A stretch of 64,000 bases of DNA from Gekko japonicus. Taxonomy: Eukaryota. Positions 12,734 to 24,200 of the stretch are shown in pieces (position 1 is the stretch's first letter; each line of letters opens with the position of its first letter). The stretch is taken from the NCBI RefSeq assembly GCF_001447785.1, contig NW_015162511.1:80221-144220 (forward strand), read 5' to 3'. Made by a program: the position numbers and the translations under genes. The notes beneath the pieces are model-generated. The model was not told the origin of the DNA. It did not search any database and saw nothing but the letters and a program-made list of their open reading frames with translations.

Positions 12734-15700
12734 GTTTTGGGCTGCTGCTGGGATGGGGGGAGAATTCCCAGCATCATCTGAGCGTGCATCCTCCTGGTGG
12801 CCACAAGGATTTTGTAACATGCGAAACGGCCCTAGTATTCCCTATCTTATTGTGGTAGCTTTAAGGAAAAAAGATCCTTCCCCATGAAAGACTGCCATTC
12901 AGGTGATTTTCTGTGGTGCAGGGCCACTTGTACATGCCATACATAGCCTATGGAAGGGCTCTTTCCTCCTATCACAGCGAGGGGTACTCACTCTGCTTCT
13001 CTGTTCTGTTATCACAGCTCTGGAATGTCTTGAGCTAGAAACAGCTCTGACCTGGTCACCAGCACTTTGTGGACTGGATAGAAACATGAGACATCCCTGC
13101 GCTGGCTGCTCAGAGAGATCAATGGGAGGACAACCTGAGCTGCTTCCTTAAGGAAACTTAGAGAAGTTCATGGAGATCCACAGCAAGTTGGCTTTCCTGC
13201 AGCAGAATCAGCAGCACCCTTGAATGCCAGATGTGCAACATGATGTGGATCCTCCGTGCTCCGACGCTGTTCATCCCTGCTTTCTTTGCAAAAACTTTCT
13301 GGAGTATTAAAGCAGCAGAAAATGGTTTCCCCTGGGATCAGCTGTGGATTTAGAAAAGCCTTGGAGTCTCAGAAAAGGCAAACATGATGCCAGTAGTGAT
13401 GGGGTTCCCGTTAACAAGAATCTGAGAAACCAGCAGACTTGCTTTTACGTGGGGCAACAACCGAAACACAACTTATATTAACACAGAAGGAACAAGAAGA
13501 GAAGCATAGTTTGTGCTGGTCATCCTTGTTCATCTCCTTACCTTTGTTTTTGACAAGAACAGAGGGTAGCCAGGTTTTCAGCCCATATACTTCCAGTCTT
13601 ACAGACTGGAATGCAGCTGGAAGTCTGAGATTTCCGGGCTCTGACTTGGGGACATGAAGTTAGATGGGACATTATGCACTGGCACCTGAATGCTGGTGCA
13701 TCAGGTCGCATTTTGACCAAGTAAGGGAAAACAAGAGAAATGCTGTCAAAACACAAAATGAAAACTTAGGAAACGAACACAAGCACTCCTTTACATGAGA
13801 ACACAAGACTGGATTGGGAAGGGGAGAGTGAGGAATGTGCAATCTTGCTTCAAGACTTCATTTTCTCCCCAAAGCTTGGTGTTATCAGAGGTTCAATATA
13901 AAAGGGGCTACTTGCACTAAACTTGCCTAGGAGGAGTGAGGGTTGGGTGTTGTTCTGTGATGTCTAAGAAAATAGTTCTCATTTTCTGCAGCCAGTGGAA
14001 AATTATAGGTGAGTGGCGCTTATGCATAAAACAGTAGCTTCAATTCTCCTCCTTGAACTTTCCAGTCCTCCCACCACATGCCAAAGATGGTCTTTTTCAG
14101 GATGGCCTTTTATGATTCTATCAGTGACCAGCACATAATGGTGCCGGTTAAAGGAAAAATGGGAGGCAGTTAGTACAATATGCCTTTTATTATTATGTAA
14201 TGCTTTGTTCTGAAGTTGTGATAACCTGCTCTAAGGGTTCACTTTCTTGTGTGCTACTAATGAAAGCAGAATTAGATTGTGGGATGGAAGCTAGGTTGTA
14301 AATGCTCCTCCGGGCTTTCATAATAAGAACATAAAACAGAACCAGGGAGAATTCCAGAAGGGCTGAGGCAGCTAGAAAGTTTGTTGCCTATGTACCACTT
14401 AACACCAGGTTTGTAAATTGCTAATCACTTAGCTTAAAAGCAACTTCACAAATGTTTTGGGGTCCTCCTTTCAGGCTCTAAGTGACACGCATTGCTGATC
14501 TGGTACCCAGTAAATATTTTTGTGGGCTATTATCTTTTGTGGACTTAACTGCAAGGTTGACTTAAGGCATACGGTTATTGATATGGGAGATGTGGTTCAA
14601 AACCTGTACAGCTAGCCTAATTGGCACCTCATAAGTGTTAAATGTTCAGATACTCCAGATTATGCAAACACAGCAGGTACAAGCTATTTCCTGTTTAGGC
14701 AGTTTTATTGCCCCTTTGATTGTGTTTGTGCTCACTAAGAGAAAGGCATGAACAAGCAAGTGATACTGGGAGAACAAATGTTAGCCAATATGCTACATCA
14801 TGGCATGATTGCTCGGCTACCCACGCTACCTGAAATCAATTTTTGCCCAAGCAAAGCGTAAGCAAAGAGCAGGCTGAAGGCAGATTTAAGACCAGATGAG
14901 AGACAAAGAAGAATAAATGGAGGAAGCTGACGTTCTAGTGCTCTTCGGCTTCACACAGGCCCTTTCACTGTAGCCACAGAGAGCCAGTATAGTGTAGTGG
15001 TTAAAATGGCAGACTAGAGGTTGGTTCAAATGCTGACTCTGCCATAAAGTTCACTGGGTGACCTTGGGCCAGTCGCCCTTTCTCAGCCTAACGTACCTCA
15101 CAGAATTACTGTTATGAGGAGGATAAAAATGTTGTAAGCTGCTTCGGATGAAAACACCTACAATAAAATATAAATTGCTATGCCGATCCATGCACCGTAG
15201 GCATTTGGAGATATCCCTACACAGTATGCGCTCACAGAGCCATCAATCAGATGATGCTTCATGGTTCCTTTCAGTACCTATTTCTATAGATTCTTCTTTG
15301 TGGCAGAGGCAAGCGTACAGGAAATCATGTGCACACTACAGAAACATGCTGCACAGTTATTTTTATAACCACCTTGTCCTGCCATGCACCTGTTCCTCAA
15401 TCTGTAACCGAATTTCATCAGCAGGATACATCTTCTACCCAAAAGGGCACCTCCACCTCCTGTAACGTCCCACATATCCAGAACTTTACTAGCAATGCAT
15501 CATAAACACTTTTATTCCTCTCACGCTGACAATTTCAGTAACCTAGTAAATAATTTGTGAGCCACTAGCAATGCCTTTACAGGAAAAATCAAATATTTTA
15601 AAAGTTAGTATTAGTCAAGAGGTTTCCTGCCCCGCTGGCTCATGTCCTAACAAGCAGAAATATTTGTAAGGGCACATATGGGCCAGGGTGGTGTGGTGGT

Positions 15701-16569
15701 TAGAGTGTAAGACTAGGATCTGGAAGACCCGGGTTCAAATCCCCACTTGCTGAGTGACCTGGGTCAGTCACACACTCAGTCTGACCTACCGCCAAGAATG
15801 GCTGTTGTACAAACGTAATGGAAAATAAATGTGAGCCAACTGGGGAGAACGGTGGGGGGAAATGAATATGAAATATTTTTAGAAATATATAGCCAAGTAG
15901 TTATTTGGCTAGTTATTGCAAATCAAAATAAGAAATTCTACTCTGCTCTCCCCCCCCCCCCCCCCCCCCCCCCCCTCGTCCTCCCTACCTGTCAAAACAG
16001 CAGATTCTGAACACGACACGACCGATCTTTCCATCAAAGCCTACAAAAAGGCGCTGAACCTTTTGACTGAAGAAGAGCACCAGAGTTAACACAACAGAAA
16101 AGAAAAGCCTCAAACTGGTGCTCCAAAAGGGCTGGGGGGAAGGGGGAATGTATGGCGTGCTTTAACATTTAGTGTTCCTTATGGGTGATCCCCCCCCCCG
16201 TATTCTAATGTCAACAGCTAGAACTCAACTTCGAATACGTTGTATAAACTGTTATCATTATCACAATAAACTATATCCAATGGTAAAAACCAGACAAGGT
16301 AGGGCTCTCTCTTTGGCTTACTGCAAGTATGCAGAAAAAAACACGGCTTCGCAAATTAATCAGAAAGAACCGAAAGCCTCAAAAACAGCCTGATGATGAC
16401 TGAAAATGCTCCTGAAGGAACAAAACATTAAGAGATCCTGAGCATCAGTAAAGGGGGGGAAGAGAAAGAGACCACTTGCTGAAGTCCCTGAGTGAGAACT
16501 CTGGGAGAGGGAGCTTTTCAAAAAGTGCCCCCCGCCCCAGCTTGAAAGGGATGACTGGCATTCATCCAA

Positions 16570-17030
16570 CAGGACCTTTAAAACCGAAATGGTCTGGGGG
16601 CCCAGGGTACTTGAAGGACAGTCAGCCATGTCAGCCTGCCCACCCATTAAGATCACAGCTCCCTGGTATCCAAAGCAAAGTGGCTGCTATTTAGAGGTCA
16701 GGCATTCCCCGTGATGATGTCTCAGATGCAGAATTCACAGCCACTGACCCAATATTGAGTCTTTTCAGTACCAGGTAAAAGTCTGGCTGCTTATCAAGGC
16801 ATTGTTAATTTGTTTTTGTAAATTGTTCTGTTTTGCTTTACTGTCCCTGTTAAAGATAGGACATTGTGTTTTTATGCTCTTTTACCCTTTTGAACAACCT
16901 GTACGAAGTTGTTTAAATGTGTTTTTATTTTGCTATGTTATTGTTAATAATCATTATTGAATTTGTTTTACTGGATTTTTGTTATGGAATTTTTTTAAAG
17001 GGGAAGCAGCTAATAAAATACAGTAAATAA
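16570..17030 (+). mobile_element. Old L2 3' end
   Basis: Remnant GPGYLKD...PAHPLRS and KxWL..AF-like sequence, followed by a T-rich 3' UTR. Confidence 0.55.
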
Positions 17031-17357
17031 GCAGGAATTTAGTGAACTACTCTAGGTATTCCCATTAGAGCACAACAGAAAAGACAGCTTACATTTTGGA
17101 AGAAGACTAGGTGTAAAATGCAGTAAGGAAATTTGAGATACACCATTTATTTTGTTTTGACCACCAGTTTATTGCTTCATCTCTCTTCTTCCCTCCCATA
17201 GAAAGTGACATCATAGTTCACCTTGGAGGGTTGGCAAACAGGGTACTCCAACATTCCATGATGTCACAGCAGTTTAAGTCAATGGAACACTCAGACAAGC
17301 AACTTACAGTCTCAGATAGGCAACTGAAGTTTTTATGTTAGTACTATACCACCCATA

Positions 17358-17704
17358 AGGAGCTGCGGTGGCTCAAGTGGTTAAGACGCTGAACTGCAGG
17401 CTGTGGAAGGTCAGTAGTTCAGCAGTTCAAGACCCAAGTTGCCGCATGACGGAGTGAGCTCCCGTCTCTAGTTCCAGCTCCTGCCAACCTAGCAGTTCGA
17501 AAGCAAGAAATTGCAAGTAGATAAATAGGTACCACTTCGGTGGGAAGGTAACAGCGTTCCGTGCACCTTGGTGTTTAGTCATGCCGGCCACATGACCACA
17601 GAAACGTTTGGACAGTGCTGGCTCTTCAGCTTTGAAACAGAGATGAGCACCGCAACCCTAGAGTCGGACTCGACTGGCTTTTGAGCAAGGGAACCTTTAC
17701 CTTT
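17358..17704 (+). mobile_element. Sauria SINE, full length
   Basis: Same family; 13-bp TSD tataccacccata (17345-17357 and 17705-17717). Confidence 0.88.
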
Positions 17705-17804
17705 TATACCACCCATACTAGGGACTAGGTTGCCTGCTCTGACCACAATAAAGGAAACCAGCACATCATTAAACACAAGACACACATAAACTTCCAATAA
17801 ATAG

Positions 17805-17810
17805 TTTAAT
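17805..17810 (-). terminator. Candidate SLC25A14 polyadenylation signal ATTAAA
   Basis: ATTAAA ~400 nt after the stop codon, followed on the minus strand by a GU/U-rich tract (tttatgtgtgtcttgtgttt). A distal AATAAA also exists at 17168-17173. Confidence 0.45.
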
Positions 17811-18208
17811 AAGGTCACATGACAATGGAGGGAATGCAGCAGCCCCTTGAGTTTCCCCTTTCACAGGTTAGAGGAAGACACAGCCTACTGCAAAACCCAC
17901 ACTGCAATAAACTGCACTGGGAAGGACCTCTGAAACTGTCACAGCTCTTCACAGAAGATACAGACTCCAACCCACACGCTCTCCCCCTCACGCTCCACCT
18001 TTCCCTTCTGGGAAAGCACATGCAACAGGCTCCAGGTGTCTCTGGCCCCGACACCCCCCTTCATCCAAGCCACGCTCCCCAGACTGAGCATTCAGCGTGG
18101 GAGCAGGATGGTGGCAGGCCTCAGTCAGCACAGGCAAACGACGTGAAGATGCAGGAAGGGGGGGAGATGAGCAGGGAGGGCAGCTGGATCACCCATCAGA
18201 ACCGGTCC

Positions 18209-18250
18209 CTAGAAAGGGAGCCTCTTCAGCTGCTCGTAGGTGATAAAAAA
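18209..18250 (-). CDS. SLC25A14: SLC25A14 coding exon 9 ([13 protein letters not shown])
   Basis: U12 branch site followed by CAG acceptor; TAG at 18211-18209. Confidence 0.92.
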   Translation of the reverse strand, partial: FFITYEQLKRLPF

Positions 18251-21200
18251 CTGCCAGCGAGTTAAAGAAATGACCAGTAATGACTGCAGGGCTGTGGTTC
18301 TCATTCCCACCCCTCATGCGCTCATTCTCAGCCAACCAACTAAGCGCCTGCTTTCATCTTCCACTTCAAAGCAAGCCAGTTATGCCTGTTTTGAATCTGC
18401 GGGGGGGGGGGGGAAGACTCTCAGACCACCTCCTGCTTTGACCAATGACTTGGCTGTCCAGTTCTGTGATATGTCATGGGGTGAAAGTCAGTCTCTGCCC
18501 CAACTAAGAGGGACAGCTCCCCAGTCAAGTGAGCAGCAGTTTTGCCTAGAACTCTGCTGGGCTTCCTGGATTACTTGTACAACTAGACGTGCAAAGGCTG
18601 CTTATAAACTGCACCGCATATGCTGAGAAAGAGAATGGCGTTCCATCCCTCAAAAGGGAAGACAGCTGTTTCTCAAAGATAGGCTCGTGAGAGATCCTGC
18701 GTACTCATAGACCAATGCACTGAGAACACACAGATAGGCCACATTATAACAGATCATTGGTCAACAGTGTCTACTTCAACTGGGTCTTTCTCAGGCCTGC
18801 TACCAGAGGTTTATATTGCAAAGCATTCTGTCACTGCTTTGTTCTCCTTGTCATGCCCACTTTATTTCGAGTGTCAGTAGCAGAAAAGGGTCACAGAGAA
18901 TAAGAACTGGAAATGACCAAATAATTCTAATAACCTACCTTAATTCCTGTCCTAATAAAGGCCCATTCACGTACAGGTCAACCTGTGCTATGTAGACCAC
19001 TATACCACAAGCAAATGCACAGTTAAAAATGGACACATTCCTCCAAATGACAATATGAAAAACTGGAATACTGCTTTTTTGAAGAAAAGCAAGAACCTTT
19101 CAATTGGTAAAGCGCTACCATCCCCAAAATTCCTAACACTACTGCAACTTTCACTCCCTGACTATGATCAGGGACTGAATCCCCCCAGCCAAGCAAGAAG
19201 CAACTACTTCAAGAACTTTTCAACATCCCCTGTCCGCAGAAGCCTCACATGTGAAAGGATACAAGGATGTTCCAGGGGCCAAGTCGCAACCAGTTTGGCC
19301 AGAATCCTTTGTAGAGTGCAAAGAAGCCCTCACTTTTCCATGTCTGGGGATGAGAGAGAGTTCAGTCTAAATTCCATCTGATGCACACAAGTCAGCACGT
19401 CAAAAGCGCTGTGGCCATGTGACAGAGGCAACCAGCTGGGAGAGGGGTCAAATTCAGTCTCCATACCATCTCTAGTCACTTGCCCCTGTCTTTCCAGTGG
19501 CTAAAAGGGAATACTGGAAGCCCGGGTGAAGTGCCAAACACCAGTTTCCAGGGGTGGGAAAAGGGCAAGAGTGGGATTTGCATAGGTCAGCGTTCCCAGG
19601 AGATTATAGCACTGAGCCTCTCAAGAGAAGGGAAGGAAACAAACCTACAACCAATGAGTTTCAAAACAAGCTGACACCTTGCTCAATTCATACTTGTCTT
19701 CTTTTTTTTTTATTAAGTGGGAGGAAAAGGGATGAGAAGAAGGCCCTGTCACATTCCCTACCCCTTCAACAAGCAGCATTGAGGTTTGGGGTTTAGATGA
19801 GCTTTTTGTAAGGCTTTTGGGGTAGAAAGGAGCAATCTCCCCATTGAATTTTTTTGGTTATGTAAGAGCACAACAGCCCAGCTGGAAATCTGCCTCACTT
19901 CCCATTTTGTCCATGACATTTGAGGGCCAAAGAGGACTCCATCCCAGATCTCACCTTTACCAGGCCATCAAATGTACCCTTGTAGAGATCCACACTCCCC
20001 ACAATGGCCCGTTGATTCATTAGACGTGTCCGCACCACATCCACTGGGTTCGAAGCGATGGCGCCAGCCAGCCCACAAGTAAAACTGGAACTAGATGGAC
20101 AAGCATAAGAGCATGAGTTTGCACTTCAGACCGAACGCACTGGGGTTTCGGATTCCTCCCATCTCCAATATCTGTTCTGGAAACAGGTTCTTGGTTCTCT
20201 CAAGGTATGGACAAAGCAGATGGTGAGTGCAGGGATCTATACATTTTACTTAGGCTTAGTATCCACCCATTATTTGCAGCCCCCACACCTTCCTTCCTCT
20301 GGATCATCTGGTATACAGAGCGGCAGCATAAGTCCCTCACTTTGCATGAGGCTAAATAAATAAATACAAAAAATCAGAAAAGCAGCACCAGGCTCCACTT
20401 AGTACTTCCAACCTCTCTCCGAGGCTTGATGTCAAGTAGCAGGCAAGATCCTGACCTTCCTCTGAGTTCTTTGCATGCGCCAGCAGACTCCGAAAGGGGC
20501 AGGGCTGGCCTCTCACTGTCAGCACCCGGGGAAGGACAGAACTACACTCAGTCTGTGGGCTCTGAGTCTCTCACTTGCTCAGCAAGCAGAGGCAACCCAT
20601 GAGAGTAGGTGGTCGGCACAGATAGTAAAAAAGAAGGGAGATGCTGATGCAAGTGGGGCAGAGCCAGGCTGGAGGGAAGATGCAAAAAGTAACACAGTGT
20701 AGCAAGATCGGTTCCAGGAGGGAACAGGTTTTACCTCTCCTCACCCAGAAAGCTGTTTAAAAAAAAAAAAACAGACACACACATCCTGTTTTCATCACAT
20801 ATGAACAACAAACTCACGTAAACATAAGAGGTACCCCGTTGCATATCTAGGTTGGCCCAAGTGTTGCCCATTTTCTTTTCCAGCTGGAGCTAGCTAAACT
20901 TTTACCCCTGTGCCCATCACGCACAGGACAAAATAGCAAGCAAATGGGATCTACTGCTTACAGAGCATCAACCAAATCAGTGAACCAGCAATGCGACTGA
21001 TGTAAACAGTATCTTGAAAAGACAGACCTATCAGTACAAACCGTATGCAACGGTTGACTGGAAAAGGTCCCTGCCAGTTATTTGTGTGTGTGTGTGAAAA
21101 GTCATTTTCTCCACATCTCCTCCAACTTTCTTGAACTCTTGGCTAGACAGCTAGGAACCAGAATAACCAGTAGGATTTCTGGATATTATAACCAAGAATT

Positions 21201-24200
21201 TCCCATTCAAATTGCTTCCTAATATTAACAGACAAGGCATTTTTTAGTTTTGATTAATTAATATCTGAATGCTCACCCTTACTAGTCAGCGGTCTAAATG
21301 TATGCATGAACAATTCTACCTAAATGCTACCCAATCTATTTAAGGACCTCCCACAATGAGCATCTGCAGCCATCTTTAGATCCCCAAATGTATTCTCTTG
21401 CTATGTTAAGGTACTAGATTATTTGAGTTATATAATGGTGACATGGAACAAAGCCCCCGTAATATATGCTCCTTCTAAGATGTGGAGTCTTGTGAGCAAA
21501 AATTCTACTTTGCGAGCTACTGCGATTAAAGTTGTGAGCGAGCAACTTGGCTACTGCATAAATTAGTTTGCTCTGGAGCCATCCTTTCTAAGTGAAGACA
21601 AAAATGTGTGAGCCGGAGGCTAAAAAGCTGTGAGCTAGCTCACACTAACTCATTTTAGAGGGAACACTGCCCGTAATAATCCCTTAATTTACCAGATGCA
21701 TCTCCAAGCCTTGACGTAGGAGTGTATTCTAAGGTTCTGTCTCTTCCCCATCTACCTGGCAAACTGATCTGCCTGCAAGCCAACAGCAGAAACAACGGCA
21801 CTTCCAAAGGCTATTCTTACAGAAAATTGGCTGCTCCTCCCCAGAGTCTATGAAAATTGAGAACCAGGCAGGTAGCCTTAACATATACAGAACTGACAAA
21901 TACTCACATAAAATGGGTGAAGATTGTGTCCCCCACAATCCCTGAAAGGATTAAGTGTTTCTTGGTGATGTCATAGACTGGCAGCTCTACTCCAACCACA
22001 ATAGCAGCACGCTGAGCAGTAGGGACCACACCCTGCCAAGAGACAGAAAGTTGCAATGCTTTCACCACCGTTCCCAACTGCCTTGAGATTAGCAGGCTAC
22101 ACAATCCTCCTGGGTGACAAAAAGCCCACTGGATTTCATGCTTACTCTCGGGATGCAGTTCTTTCAAGAATTAGAATTGATAGCTTTATTTGCCTCATCC
22201 CCTCCTCCTACATAAGCCGTGGCTGGAACACAATGTGCTGTTTTGCTTATATTCATTTTCATCTTTCCCTTTCAATCCCTCACCCCTATGAATGTGTAAC
22301 TTAATTTTGATTGAGTGAGACAAAGTCCAGGAAAATGAATGAGTGGAAAGAAGCTTGTATTTGACCACTCCTTAATTTGCAATAATGCCGATTCCTAAAC
22401 CACCCCCACCTCAATTCTATTATCTCAGTTAAGAAGAAGAAGAAGAGAAGAGATTGGATTTATACCCCGCCCTTCACTTGGCGTCTCAGAGCGGCTTACA
22501 AACTCCTTTCCCTTCCCCTCCCCACAACAGACACCCTGTGAGGTGGGTGGGGCTGAGAGAACTCTGACACAAACTGCCCTTTTTCAAGGACAGCTGTGCC
22601 AGAGCTTGTGACTGACCCAATGTCACATCAGCAGGTGCAAGTGGAGGAGTGGGGAATCAAACCCGGTTCTCCCAGATTAGAGTCCGTGCATTTAACCACT
22701 ACACCAAACTGGCTCTCTAAGCTCTACAAATGCAGCTGGTCTGCAACTGTGACCCCCCCAAATATTTCCACCACCTTCTAGAAAACTCTACTGAACCCAC
22801 ACAGCAAAATAAGCAAATCAATATCCTCCAGAGATTTGTCCTCAGGACCAAGCAACTATTTAAGGCTTGAACAAGATAACAGAATGAATTTGCTTTGAAA
22901 AATACTATACTAACAAAAACTGATTTATGAAGCCTCACTCTGACGTCCTCTTTTCCCACAATGGTGTACAGCTGGGAGATAGGAAGCCTGGACAACAGTC
23001 ATAGTTCTCTGCACTGAAGAGAGGCTTTAGATACAAGATAATGGCAGCTGCAAGGAAGTGGCAAAGTTTAGGAACCTTGAAATTCATCCCTACTGCAAAA
23101 ATATTTTGTTTTATTTTTAAAGTTTCTAGGTAAAGGTAAAGGTTTCCCCGTGCTCAAAAGACAGTCAAATCCAATTCAAGGGGTGCGGTACTCATCTCCG
23201 TTTCCAAGCCGAAGAGCCAGCACTGTCCGAAGACGTTTTCTGTGGTCATGTGGCCGGCATGACTAGACGCCGAAGCGCACAGAACACTGTTACCATCCCA
23301 CCGAAGGGGTACCTATTTATCTACTTGCAATTTCTTGCTTTTGAACTTCTAGGTTGACAGGAGCTGGGGCCAGAGACGGGAGCTCATTCAAATAACCTAA
23401 GGTGAATTTCTGCAGTGATGAAGCGGAGGCTCTTTTCTCAGTAAACATCTTTCAGCCTCTCTTCTACACCAGTATTATTCCCTATGCCATACCTCTCTTG
23501 CTTCATCTGTCTACTCAATCTGTGCACGGGGTGTGTGTGTTCAACATTTTGCATTCAGAACTGCATCTGTGAAGTAGCTTTTATCTGACCCAAAGCAATT
23601 CGCTTCTGAGCATACAATTTGCACTGGCACGTGTGGCAGTATTACCCATGCTGAGCCACGAGTGCCACTCTTTTTTTGGCCCTCTGAGGTAGCTAGATGC
23701 CAGAGACCATCCTGAGTCTCTACCTGGCAACCTACAACTCTACTGGCTCGGCCAAACAATAGAGGGCTTCTCTCTCTCTCTTAGTGCTGCCACTAAGTAG
23801 TCGTTTTAGGACTGATTTATTTATTTAAAGCATTTCTAGGCTGCCTTTCCACCCAAATATGGTCCCCACGGTGTATTGCCAAGAAGGCCAGTACTCCCAA
23901 CACTTGTACAGCATTGCCAATCTAAGGCTCTGCCTGGTACCTGCATCTCCTGCTACCCATGGTCTGGTTACCACAGGACAGCTTGCCGTATTTACACATT
24001 TCTAGGGAAACAGCAATTTTGCAACTGAACACCTCTCTCCTCTGGCACCCATTTTGAGTGTTTGAACGATGGGATTTATGTGGTTTGGAGAACAACTGCC
24101 AACATTTAACATAGTAAAGTATTAAAAGTTAAAAAATCTACACGTATAGTATCTGCATTGCAATGGACTGAGCAAGGAATAGAAACGAAAGGTGCAAACA

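Noticed and set aside
16393-16441. C/D box snoRNA (ATGATGA...CTGA)
   Set aside because: Only ~50 nt, not in a plus-strand intron, and no recognisable guide or terminal stem.
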